DNA of 64,000 nt from Azolla caroliniana. Taxonomy: Eukaryota; Plantae; Polypodiophyta. Where the stretch lies: the NCBI GenBank assembly GCA_043228905.1, contig JBHGNT010000010.1:13082001-13146000 (forward strand). The letters run 5' to 3'. The position numbers were made by a program, and so were the translations under genes. How positions within the stretch are numbered: position 1 is the stretch's first letter; each line of letters starts with the position of its first letter. Below the pieces are notes generated by a model. The model worked only from the letters and a program-made list of their open reading frames with translations. It was not told the origin of the DNA and did not search any database. This document shows, one piece after another, positions 38,439 to 49,960 of this stretch.

Positions 38439-38682
38439 AACTCCACATAAAGCAAGTCGACGCGAGTCGACGTGGACTCCCGAATGTGAATTGAAGTGGA
38501 TTTCGGATACCGTCTGAAACCGACGTGTTGAGAATCAAGCTCAACTTGGTCTAGTGTGTGAACTCCACATAAAGCAAGTCGACGCGAGTCGACGTGGACT
38601 CCCGAATCTGAATTGAAGTGGATTTCGGATACCGTCTGAAACCGACGTGTTGAGAATCAAGCTCAACTTGGTCTAGTGTGTG
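38439..38682 (+). repeat. 122-bp tandem duplication spanning the internal/3' LTR junction
   Basis: LTR start TGTTGAGAATC occurs at both 38526 and 38648. Confidence 0.92.
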
Positions 38683-39028
38683 AACTCACCTTGAGAGTGA
38701 AGAGACACTCCAACGGTCAAGAGTCACCATTATGTCATCACTTTGTATTCTAGCATTTAGTATGAGTCATAGAATCATATTCTATGACACATAACTTATG
38801 AGCTTTCACATTCCCCATGCTCCATGAGGCTTGTAGTTAATGAAGAGAGAGGATGACTACATAAAGCACCCTCCTCCCACCTTGTATAATGTTGAGTCTT
38901 TCTCCTTTGTTAATACACTCTTACCTTGCGTATTCTTTGTGTTTCTCTCTCTCTCCCTCTCTCTTTTACACACACACATAACTCACATCTCTTCCGCTTC
39001 ACAAGAATCCATCTCTTGATTCTTTGCA

Positions 39029-40597
39029 CGGCCTAACAACCGATTGGGCCGTGGTAAAGAGAGTCTGCGTCCGTTTTGACAAACGGTGTGAGTGGGTTGA
39101 TAAAGGCTTGACAGGGGCAGGTTCTGTTGCGCAAGGAAGGTCGAGGTACCCCCACCAGCGCGGAGGAAAGAGACCCGAGACTGGCTCGAGACCGGCTCGA
39201 CTTCGACTAGCATGGTCAAAGGCTCGTCCGGAGGAGCGGCTCTAGAGGAGCGGACTCAGATGGTGAGGGACCTCAAGATTGCACAAGCAAGGAGGGACGA
39301 CGGCGAACAAGTCCGTGACCGAAGGCCTCCGGCTGGGAACCGGTGCTTGTGGTGCGACGTGGTCGGCCACGCTCGAAAGGAGTACAGGGACTTCGCCAAA
39401 GCGGTAAGAGCTAACGTGGTGTACCTATGGAACGGTCGGGTGCACGAGACCCGAAGGGCCCTGGATCTGAATATCGGACGAGGGGGTATGAAACAACTGA
39501 TGGAAGAAGCGGCGGCTCGCCACGCGGAGACTGTCCACTACTCGGCGTCGGCTGGAATCCAGGTCAGAAGTGATGAAGTTTGGAAAATGAAGGACTCCGG
39601 GTTCTGGCTGTTGATGCTGGAAGGCCTAGCCAGTGTACGGCTAAGGAAAGAGGAAGTGGACCGCGCGGAAAGACGGGTCGGGGAGGTAATCGGGTGGAGT
39701 GACCCGATTGAAGAGAAGACGGGCTTCCTAGAAGCCGTGTGCAAGAACTACGAGGTTCTAGTGGAAGACAAGCGCGCAGGAAAGACCGGGGGGGCCGGAC
39801 CCTCACAACGGTATGAGACCCAGTTCAGACCGAAGCAAAATGGTGTCGGTGCATCCGGCGCACAGGACAAGGCCAAGAAGGTTGGTTATCGGTTGAGCAC
39901 AGAGATTGAAAGAACCACGGACCTAAGAAAGGTCCTGGAGGAACGAATCCTCGACAGCAAAGTGGAGTTGTCGCTGAGGGAAGTGTTCGGTATCGCCAAG
40001 AAGGAGTTCCACGACTCCATCGTAGACTTGGTGAAGCGGAAAAGGCTTTCGACGGAGCTGGAGCTGGAGAAGCCGGTGGAGGTGCGAATGACGCACCTAG
40101 AAGACATGGCCTTGGAGGACGAATTGGCGGAAAGCCACTACTCGAGGCTACATTGGGCTAGGGCCACTACGAAAACCCCTGTTCGGATCGGGGACGTCCA
40201 GGAGCCGGTGGTGGCATTGGTAGACCACGGTTCGGAGATCAACTTGATGTCCATGGACTTCTACAAGAAGGGAAAGTGGCCGATCAACACTAAGCACGGG
40301 TGGAAGATACGGGCAACAACGCACGCCACGGAGGAGCTACATGGAGTCTACCAGAATGTACGAGTGAAAATCGGCGATGTCGAGATTGATCAACACTTCT
40401 TCGTGCAGGAGACGTCCTCGCATTCGGTGATACTCGGAGAACCGTACATCACGGCGGCGCACATGGAGACGAAGGTGATGGACAACGGTTTGGTGTATGC
40501 CTGAGTCAAAAGCCAGGATGGGCGTCACTCCGTTCAGTTTTTGATGGTACGACCGAACCACGAGACCCTCGGTGGCGAAAACCGAGGGGATTTTTAG
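39029..40597 (+). pseudogene. Gypsy gag C-terminus plus aspartic protease
   Basis: CLWCDVVGHARKE zinc knuckle; protease ALVDHGSEINLM...VILGEPY; premature TGA at 40502; natural stop TAG 40595-40597. Confidence 0.85.
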
Positions 40598-40653
40598 AGA
40601 GGGCTATCCAGGCGTGGGGCCGCAATAGTCCGGACACCCCGGGGAAACCCCAC
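40588..40653 (+). promoter_or_regulatory. Putative -1 ribosomal frameshift signal (G GAT TTT slippery site plus pseudoknot)
   Basis: Heptamer 40588-40594, 6-nt spacer, stem 1 40601-40607/40625-40631, stem 2 40614-40619/40648-40653; -1 frame open from 40591 into RT. Confidence 0.7.
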
Positions 40654-43600
40654 AGATGTACTATAGGCAAAAAGACCTATACCATAGGTAGGAAATTTTG
40701 GTTCTTCGATAGCGGAGGTTGTATGATAGCCGTCGTAGTTGGCCGGGAAAAGAAGCGGACGAAGGAGCGACTTCGGGCGTGCGGAGTCCTCGGCCCTGAA
40801 GAGGAAATCAACGGAGCCGTGGAGGCGGTCTCTTTCGACGACACCTTAGGGAAGTTATGGGAGGTGTTCGGAGAAGGCCATAATGAGGACCAGACGATTC
40901 CGGTATGTTCGGAAAGGATGTACGAAGTCATCGCCGACTTCGGTAATGGACTCGAGTCGGATCGGACGGCCCGAGTGGATACGAAGTACAAGACTGTGGA
41001 CCGGAAGATGAGGCCAGTCGTGGCACCCTTGCTGGAGGGCAGCGAGTTACGGATAAAGGGGGTCACGTTGGACCCAAGTTTACGAGATCTGGCCAGCATA
41101 GGACACACGTTCACTGACATAACGCTACGGGAGCTCAAGATCGGTGGGGGTGGCTTTCTACTACCGGCGGAAGAGGACCGGTTTCGGAGAATGCTCGGGA
41201 GGCATGGGAAGGCTTTCGCATTCTCACTGGATGAGATCGGGTGCGTAGACCCAATGGTTGTGGAACCAATGGTGATCTTCACAGTACCGCATGTGCCGTG
41301 GAATCTCAAACCGATTCCGGTACCTAGAGCTCACATCCCGAAGCTGATGGAGCTGCTGAAACAGAAGGTGAAGATGGGCATCCTCGAACCGTCGAGTGCC
41401 CCATACTTGAATCGGTGGTTTACCGTGCCAAAGAAGAACGACACGTTGCGCTTTATTCAAGACCTGCAACCGATCAACAAGGTGACCATTCGGAACGCAG
41501 GAATCGGACCGACCATAGACGAGTTCGCGGAGGCCTTCGCCGGAAGATTGATTTACTCAGTTGGTGATATGTACTCGGGGTACGATCAGTTCCAACTAGC
41601 CGTGGAGAGCAGGGACATTACGACGATGCAGACTCCTCTCAGCCTAGTGCGGATGTGTACCCTCCCGCAAGGAGGGATGAACTCGGTAGCCCACATGGTG
41701 AACACAATAAACAAAGTGCTGAGGGATTGTATCCCGGACATCACCATGCCGTTTCTGGACGACATCCCGATCAAAGGATGTCCGATGGAGGACAAGGACG
41801 AGTCGGTCGGGCCCGACGGTTGCCGGAGGTTCGTGACGGATCACATCCGCGACTGCAAGAAGGTGCTACATAGACTCAAGAGCGCGCGACTCACCTTCTC
41901 CAGAGAAAAATCAGCCTTCGGACAGCCAGAGATCCTAGTAGTCGAACACTTGTGCGGGCCTCACGGCCGGAAGCCATCCCCGGCGAAGGTAGAAGCCATC
42001 TCCGCGATGAAGGATGATTGCGGGTCGGTTACGGAGGTCCAAAGGATCATGGGGGCATGTGCGTTCTACCATATCTGGATCCCGCATTACGCCCACGTCG
42101 CGGAGCCACTCTATGGGTTGCTGAAAAAAGGGCGTAAATTCGAGTGGAGAGACGAGCATACGGAGTCGGTCCGGAAGATGAAAGAAGCACTTGCCGCGGC
42201 ATTGGCGCTCCGAAAGGCTGTCTACGGCAAAGACACTCCAATTTACGTGACCGTGGACACGAGTCCGATCGGGATCGGATGGGTGATCAACCAAGAGGAT
42301 GATGATGGCGCGAGGTTCCCCATCCGGTTCGGCGCGAAAGTCCTCAGTGAGCGACATCGAGGATACGCCCAGGTTAAACGCGAACTCTAGGGTATCATTT
42401 CGGCGGTCAAGGCCGATAAAGATTACCTGATCGGGGTAGAGGTGGTAATCGAGACGGATTGCCTACCGATTCTCGGCATGGTTTCCGGATGCGCGACGCT
42501 GAACCTGGCAATGCTCAGGTGGATAGCGTACATCAAGTCCCTGAATCCGGAAATACGACACATTTCCGGAAAAGACAATGCCATGGCCGACATGCTTTCG
42601 AGAGCGAGGTTCGATGACGAGGACGACATGGTTTTGGAGGATGAGGAAGTCGGCGTGGACTTCTTCGAGGCGGCTTATGTAACAACAAGAGAGGGGAGCA
42701 CTCCGGCGCTTAACGAATTCGACAAGAGCAAGTACGAAGGGGAGTGGCTCCAGATCGGCAGGTTCTTGAAGACAATGACACCAGATGCGGTGTGGATGAA
42801 GGAAGAGACCAACCGGATTCGGAAGAAAGCATACCGATTCTTCCTACGGGACGGGAGCATATGGAAGCACCCGAAGAAGAGAAATGACATCCCGCTCCAA
42901 GTGGTGGCGAGGAAAGAGGAATAGGAAGAATTGCTGACGGCAGACCACGAGAGTCCTTGGGCCGGACACCGCGGGATGTGGGCCACATTTGAGAAGCTAA
43001 AGGGGAAGTACTGGTGGCCGGGGCTATACCGGGACGTGCATCGGTTTGTGACGACTTGCGAAAGCTGTCAGGTGCACTCCATAGTCCGATATCGGGACGA
43101 GCTTCACCCGACCTACCCTCCAACCATCCACTTCAAGTGGATGGTGGATCTGGTGACGATGCCGATGGGGGTAGGGCAAATGCGGTATCTGGTGCTGGCT
43201 CGGGAGGACCTGATGAACCAGGTGGAAGGCCGAGCATTGCAGAACAAAACGACCACGGCCGTGTGCCGATTTCTGATCGAAGAAGTGGTATGCCGATACG
43301 GGTGCGTAGGTAAGATCGTGGCCGACCGCAGAGAATTGGACGCGCAAGAGGCGGAAGAGCTGTTTGATCGGCTAGGGATTAAACTCTCGCTCACCACAAC
43401 GTACAATCCAGAGGCTAACGGGAAGGTGGAACGCGGACACGGGCCGATCATCAAAGCATTAGTGCGGGCGTGTGGAGGCCAAGTCGGGAACTGGCCGCGG
43501 CTCTTACCCTATGCGTTGTGGGCAGACTAAACTACGCACAGTTCAGTAACCGAGTTCATGCCGACAGAGCTAATGTACGGGCAGAAGCCGATCATGCCAA

Positions 43601-44082
43601 CGGAGCAGACAATCTCCTCATGGGCCGTGGTGGACTGGAAAGACGAGATGAGCCGGGAGGAGCTGTTAGCGGCACGGATTCGGCAGCTGGAGCGAAGACT
43701 GGAGGATGTGGACCGAGCCGCGGAGAAGCTACGGGTGGCGAGGGTAAAGAACAAAGGACCGTTCGATCGGACTCACAGACTGAGACCGAAGAAGATCGAG
43801 GAAGGCGACTGGGTTCTAGTGTATGAAAGTAGCCTCGACAACCAGCACAGGGCAATGTGGAAGTTTGCAAGAAGGTGGTTCGGGCCTTATGTGGTGACAA
43901 GCGCCAACGACAATGGGACCTACCATCTCGCGGAGCTCGACGGGACAAGGATGGCGGTATCGGTGGCGGGAAAAAGGATCAAAGCATTCAAAAAGCACCA
44001 CGAGGCTAAACCGGACTCAGACGACTTGGATAGTGACAACTACTGGCTCGGAACGGATGTCGATCCGGAAGACGAAGGATAA
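40591..44082 (+). pseudogene. Gypsy pol (RT-RNase H-integrase), in-frame stops only
   Basis: RT DMYSGYDQ, LPQG, PFLDD; RNase H VDTSP..IG, ETDC, NAMADMLSR; INT H-x6-H/C-x2-C, YNPEANGKVER, WFGPY; no chromodomain. Confidence 0.92.
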
Positions 44083-44156
44083 GCGTGGGCCGGTCTTCTC
44101 CGGCAAGAGTCTAATTTTGGCACATACTGGTGGATGCCCGGTTAGGTGGGGGCGGA

Positions 44157-44745
44157 TGTCGTGGAGAAAACCGTCCCTAGGCGGAAACCAGGTATAACGT
44201 GCGTAAACCGGCCCTTACACGTGGGCACAAGTTTTGTTGTATAGTACGCAGATAGGTACAAGTCGGCTGAGGTGAAATCCTAGGTAGCACGCATTCATTA
44301 GGGAGAAAATCGAGGCGTATCCCTGTCCAAAAGGACAGGGAATAAACATGATGTAACGGTGGTAACGGCCTCCCTCCTTGGGCTATAAAAGAGAGGGAGA
44401 GGTATTGTACATAGATCGCGTTTTGTGGAGGACGAAGTGCTGCTGGAATGGAACCGAGCTCTTCTCCTCTGTCTTCTCCATAGTCGTTCTATGCAAGTTT
44501 TCGGGAGGCTGACTCTGCTCCGCGGAATGCCCGAGTGCTTCCGGCAGAGTCTCCATCTCGCATTCTCTGTGTGTGTGTGTCTCCATTCGTTCTGTCTCCA
44601 TTGTTCAACTCCTGTGAATCTGTGTGTCTGTGCGCGTGTGAAGTACATTGGTAGTTTCCTTCCCCTCTTCTCATTCGGTTATTTCTCGGTCCAAGGCCCC
44701 CGTGGTCCCGCCTCATTCTCCACGCACGCGTGTAACAATGCGACA
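44157..44745 (+). repeat. Gypsy 3' LTR
   Basis: Follows the PPT; direct repeat of 31581-32221. Confidence 0.92.
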
Positions 44746-45994
44746 ACGGGTGTCGTTGAACTCGGCTTGAATTATCAAGGAGGCACAACCGGCGTCGAGG
44801 TAGTGCGCGTGGAGGAGCTTGGTGAATGGGGTGGACGTCATCGATTATAACCTGTTAGGAAAAAGATTAGTATAGCCGTATGAGAGTGTACCAATTCGAT
44901 ATAGCAATACGACCGACGATAGTGTATTTATTGATTGATGTGAATGACTTATTTTGATTATTTATAATTATTATAACTGAAAGTAGTATGAGGTGTTTGG
45001 AGGGATAATGATATTTATATTTATATTTTAAAGGGACGGACGAGTTAGTGTCTAGGTTATGTTTGGGTGGCGGGGGCCTCTCGCGAACTGGGGGTGAGTG
45101 GTTCAAAGTTCTTCGAATAGGGAGTGAGTGGTTCGAAGAGGGCTTTGACATTCTTCGACCCAGGGGTGAGTGGTTCGAAGAGTACCTCTCATCGAACCGG
45201 GAAGAAGGGGTTCGAAGAGTATCTCTCTGTGAACCGGGGGGAAGGGGTTCGAAGAGTGTCTCTCCTCGAACCGGGGAGGGATTCGAAGAGTAACATGAAG
45301 GGAGGGCCGTGAGGGGATGCAATGACGCCGCGCGTGAAGCGGCCCAATGCGACCGCCGGTGACAAGGGGGCGGCAAAATTGGACGGGGATCCACCGAGGG
45401 TTTCATGGGGGTCTGGGCAATTTAGGGGCTTTTGGGTGGGGTTGAGGTGGCGGGGGTGGTTGAGGTGTTCGAGTGTTGTCTGAGGTCCTTTGTATGCCTT
45501 TAAGGACCCAAACCCATGACGTCCTTTCTAGGGGGAAAGGGGGCCTGTGTGGTAGTGCTATAGGGAATCCGACCTCCTAGTTGCTGAGTCCGGCCGACGT
45601 CCATGGCCTTAACCTGAGCGGGGTATTTGGTCGATGTCCGGAGTTGTCAGGTGTCTTGTGTAGTCGTGGTATGGTCGCGGGTGGGAAGTCGGCTTCGTTT
45701 CGGGACCCAGAAGCGAGTGGAACCTTTGTGCCAACCTTGGGCGTGTGTGAGTTCTTTTCTGACTTGCCAAATAGGACGTTTGTTGCGGTGTGGTCCTTCG
45801 GCGAAGATCGCGTGGACGTTCACCCATTTGGCTGGTGCGGATGTCCTTGTTCCGATGTTAACGTTACTTTGACCTTGGTTGGCTGGTGGTTGGGCGAATT
45901 CTTTTTGGTTGGGTGGTTTCATGCTCTAGAGGTCGTCAAGATTGGTGGGACGTGGTTCGAGTGTTGTTGCGACGAGTTTCTCGGACTTCGCACC
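44746..45994 (-). mobile_element. Upstream part of the unclassified LTR element (accessory ORF start, hairpin repeats, WVPK-containing peptide)
   Basis: Continuous with 31580 once the gypsy insertion and TSD are removed. Confidence 0.5.
45085..45292. repeat. Degenerate 30-40 bp tandem repeats GGTTCGAAGAG...CTCT..CGAACCGGG
   Basis: About 6 units, several self-complementary. Confidence 0.8.
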
Positions 45995-48588
45995 ATCTCT
46001 CTCTCTATCTCCCCCATGTGTATTCTCTGTGTTAAGTTCTCCATTAAACCTTCTCTCATTTTCTGTTGCTGTCTAACTAAACCGGTTTGTCGAACGCTTC
46101 CGCACGCTAACTTTTACATGGTATAAGAGTGCGAGGGTTGAGAACCTCTGCAACCGATATACGCTTTCGAAGACAAACCCTAATAACCAGTGACAACAGA
46201 CAGAGAAAGGTATGGACAAAGGTATGGCGAGTTCACTTCCAACAGAGAAGCTCGATCGGAGCAACTATGCATCCTGTTCATATAAAATGCACCAGTACTT
46301 GCTGGGGGGGGCATGGTTATTGGAGCTACGTGGAAGGAACCAACGAGGTAGCACCGGACCCGACACACAAAGACTTCTCGGCATGGGAGCAAGGAGCGAG
46401 CTGCGTATTGTACTGCCTCATATACGGTGTGCACGATTAGATGCTCAACTACATCAAAGATGCAAAAACGCCAAAGGAGGCCTGGGAAAATCTCCGGAAG
46501 ATTTTCGCCGCTAGTACCACGGCATGCAAGTTGCAGCTCCGACAAGAGCTCAACAATATCCGACAGATGGATATGTCTGTCACCGACTACACCACCAAGA
46601 TAAAGGAGATTTGCGACGCGCTCAGGTCCATCAACGTGACAGTGGACGAAGACGAGATGGTTCAAATATGCCTTTGTGGTCTAGCACAACGGTACGGGCC
46701 AATGCAGACAGCGATATGCACACGGGAGAAGCCACCGTCCTACTTAGACTTACAATCCATGTTGATAGTCGAAGAAAACCACATGAGTGGGTCGAGGACC
46801 ACTCAATCGGACATCCGGATGCTGTACACAGAGGCGTATCGACCCCGTGGGCATGGAGGACGAGTTGGGTCGACAAGCAATGGAGGCGGCCGACAAGAGT
46901 AGAAACTAAGGCACGAAGACGGTGCTGACAGTAGTTCTGAACCCTCCACAAGCAGGGGGAGTCAAGTCGGAGCCGGAAACCAGCAAGGAAAGGCCGACAC
47001 GGAATGCTGGTACTGTGGTAAGAAAGGACACAAAGAAAACGAGTGCTGGAAGAAGCACGGCGATTCGGATAAATCTGGATTCAGCAAGACCGGACAGGGA
47101 AACCAGCAAAGCTCGCACTATGTAGAAGGATCAGAAGGATCCGGAACTGGGAAGACCGGTAAAGGGCCATATTTCGTGATGAAGCATAAGGCTAACTCGA
47201 TGAAGAAGACTACTTCCAAATCGAAGGAAGTATGGTACATTGATTTCGGAGTGTCCAACCACATGACAAGCCATGAAGAATGGTTCTCTATTTTGGAGAA
47301 ACCGGAACAACCGGGGATTGTCGAAACCAGAGACGACACCCCTCACCCGATTGTGCATGTCAGAGAAGTCCCTTTAAACCATGTCAGACAAAAGGGAAAG
47401 CTGATGAACGCACTACAAGTTCCGACTATCACAAAGAACCTGGTATCGGTCAGATAAATCATCGATGAGGGGATGCAGGTGCGGTTTACGCACCTCGGGT
47501 GCTTCATCTAGGAAGAAGGATGGATAATTACGCAAGGGTGCAGAGAGGGGAGGATGTTCATCCTCAACACTAATGACATCGGCACCGCTTTGTTCGCCAA
47601 AGGACAGAATATTGAATTGGATATTGATCTCTAGCACAATCGGATCGGCCATGTCAATTACCGGAGGGAGGCTTAAGGACTTGCAATCGAAATAGGTTGT
47701 GTTTGGTTTGCCGAAATTCAGTGGCCAGAAGGCCCAAATTTGTGAACCTGCCAACTCGGGAAGCAACACCGACTTCCATTCCCCACCGAACGAAACCGGA
47801 GCCGTCACAAGCTCAACTTAATCCATTCTGATGTATGGGGATCGACACAAAATGTTAGTCTTGGTGGGAGTTGGTATTTCTTTTCCTTCATTGACGACTA
47901 CAACCAACACACATGGATCTACCTCATCGAGAAGAAAAGTGAAGTCTTCGACTATTTCTGGAACCTTCAAAGCTTAGTCGAAAGGGAAACAAAGAGGAAG
48001 ATCAAGTGCCTACGGTCGGATGGCGGAAAAGAATAATTTTCCGGCCAATTCAATAGTTATCTGCAGCAGAACGGAGTTAAGAGAGAATTCAGTTGCTGAT
48101 ACACACCGGAACAAAATGGTGTGGCCGAGAGAAAGAACCGGTCGATTGTCGATGCGGCAAGGGCAATGCTGGAGGAGAAGAGCATGCCCCAATTCTAATG
48201 GGCTAAGGTGGTCCGGACGACCGTCTACATCCAAAACCAGCCGGATCGGGGAGACAGATTCGAGTGCGAACCGGAAGCATAGTAGTAGCCTAGACTACTA
48301 GGTAATCATTGTCTCGTAGTTAGTGTCAGTCGCTAGTATGAGCACTGAAGTACATAGTACTTCTATCAGTCCTTTTGAGGACTTGTATAAATATTGCTGT
48401 TTAGCACGTTGTATATATACACAGAGTTTTATGGTGTTATTTTGAATTGAGTTCATGTTCTGCTCTCTCTCTCTTTGTCTTTCCCACGCGTATTCTCTAT
48501 GTTAAGTTCTCCATTAAACCTTCTCTCATTTTCTGTTGCTGTCCGGCTAAGCCGGTTTGTGGAACGCTTCCACACGTTGACTTTTACA
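45995..48588 (+). mobile_element. Decayed Ty1/copia element D (same family as A), internally deleted
   Basis: R/U5 45995-46118, PBS TGGTATAAGAGTG 46119, gag from 46212, PR, INT; jumps at about 48240 into a 3' LTR ending CTTTTACA at 48588. Confidence 0.88.
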
Positions 48589-49140
48589 AAAACCTATTGG
48601 GAAAAGATGTGCTTGTGATCATGACACTATATCCCTCTTTGAATGACGAGTATTATGAGTTATCGTTGGTTGAGGGCCTGGTTTGTTTGGTTATTTATTG
48701 TTTATGAAATTCCTCAACAAGGGTTTGAGCATTTGCCATATTCTCTTTCGTTCCCAAGTGTAGTCCCTCAGGCTATAACATAGCCATTCCACCAAATAAT
48801 ATAGCTTGTTCCAAACAATCTTGTAATAAAGAATAGTAGCAAGCTCGTACTCTGTTCCATCTTCGGGTTCAACAAGAGGTGGAGGTGGTATAATACGATT
48901 TGGAATAGAACTTATACGGCATGGTTCTAAGAGAGAACTATGAAATACTGAATGTAGCCATAATTGTGGAAAAAGATCAAGGCGAAAGGTCACATCGTTA
49001 ATTTTTCCATTAATCATAAAAGGGCCCAACCATTGCTAATCTAAGTTGGCACATTGTATGATAGTCTTTAGATGACGTCATAATAACCATACTCAATCTC
49101 CAACTTGAAAGTGAACTGACATTGATGCCGATCTAAAAGT
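48589..49140 (-). mobile_element. Chromovirus (Ty3/gypsy) remnant: integrase GPF/Y tail, chromodomain, PPT and LTR stub
   Basis: GPF...FRLDL...HSVFHSSLLEP and EYELATIL...YYLVEW..Y...TWE; purine tract followed by TGTCATGA at 48626. Confidence 0.85.
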
Positions 49141-49261
49141 CCCCAAAAGCTCTTTTATGCTCTTCAATCTCTCTTTCATAAAACATTATAATATAAAGAG
49201 TGTAGACATTAAATAATATAAATAGATAAAAATGCTAAATTAATGAAAAAAATAAATGAAA

Positions 49262-49333
49262 TGTGGCTATTGGGATTTGAGACTAAATCTCCATAGCCAC
49301 AACATGGAATTTTACCCACTAAACTACAACTAG
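49262..49333 (-). pseudogene. tRNA-His(GTG) pseudogene
   Basis: Minus strand TAGTTGTAGTTTAGTGGGTAAAATTCCATGTTGTGGCTATGGAGATTTAGTCTCAAATCCCAATAGCCACA resembles plant nuclear tRNA-His; anticodon GTG retained, acceptor and T stems damaged mostly by transitions; T-rich tract downstream. Confidence 0.8.
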
Positions 49334-49790
49334 TTTAGTAAATTAAAATGTTTGTAGCATCTTATTTGAGCTTGAGTGGAAAGTTCTGCTTCAATCTACC
49401 ATAGTTGATCTAAATGATCTTCAGCACTCAGATTTGTTGGCAATTTGAGAACTTTGAATAAACACCATCGAGGATGGTAACTTGCGTATACATAGAATGA
49501 TATAATCTAGTAGAGGAATGTACAAAATTATTATATGCGAATTCTACAAAATATATTATATGGGCCCAATAATCTTTGTTTATCTTGGACTAAATCTTAG
49601 TTACAAATAGATAAGTACTTCATACCAAAACACAATCCAAAGGTGTGGTCGGAGGTATGGTAAATAATCTGCGTATTCAATCCGTCAATCCAGATAACAA
49701 TTACAAATCAACAACACACATTAATACATGCGTAAGATAAGACATTCAACTACACAAGAAAGCAAGCACACAAACCTTCCAATTATATTA

Positions 49791-49960
49791 TGTTGAGAAT
49801 CAAACTCAACCTAAGTGTAGTGTGTGAACACACCCTTCATTAAGAGTGTATGAATACTCAAAGGTCAAAGGTCACCACTACTTTGTAACTATTAATAACT
49901 AGGTAATTAACTAAGGGTTAATTAGTATCTAATTATATGAATAGTTAATCACGTATGTGA
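49791..49960 (+). repeat. 5' fragment of a copia LTR related to the copia B LTR
   Basis: TGTTGAGAATCAAACTCAAC...TAGTGTGTGAAC...GGTCAA..GTCACCA aligns by eye to 32810 onward. Confidence 0.65.

Larger units (their letters stand above)
32810..39028 (+). mobile_element. Ty1/copia element B, full length with few stops; contains a solo LTR
   Basis: LTRs 32810-33192 and 38648-39028, perfect TSD CGGCC, PBS TGGTATCAGAGC 33193-33204. Confidence 0.95.
31581..44745 (+). mobile_element. Full-length decayed Ty3/gypsy element without chromodomain; interrupted by copia B
   Basis: LTRs 31581-32221 and 44157-44745; PBS TGGTGAACTCGACGTGA (complement of tRNA-Trp 3' end) at 32226; PPT 44144-44156; TSD ACAG/ACGG; order gag-PR, RT-RH-INT. 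Confidence 0.93.

Noticed and set aside
45647-45922. SIRE-type gag end (WVPK) implying a pol-less gag plus env element
   Set aside because: A four-residue motif is insufficient, and the 5' part of the element is missing, so absence of pol cannot be shown.
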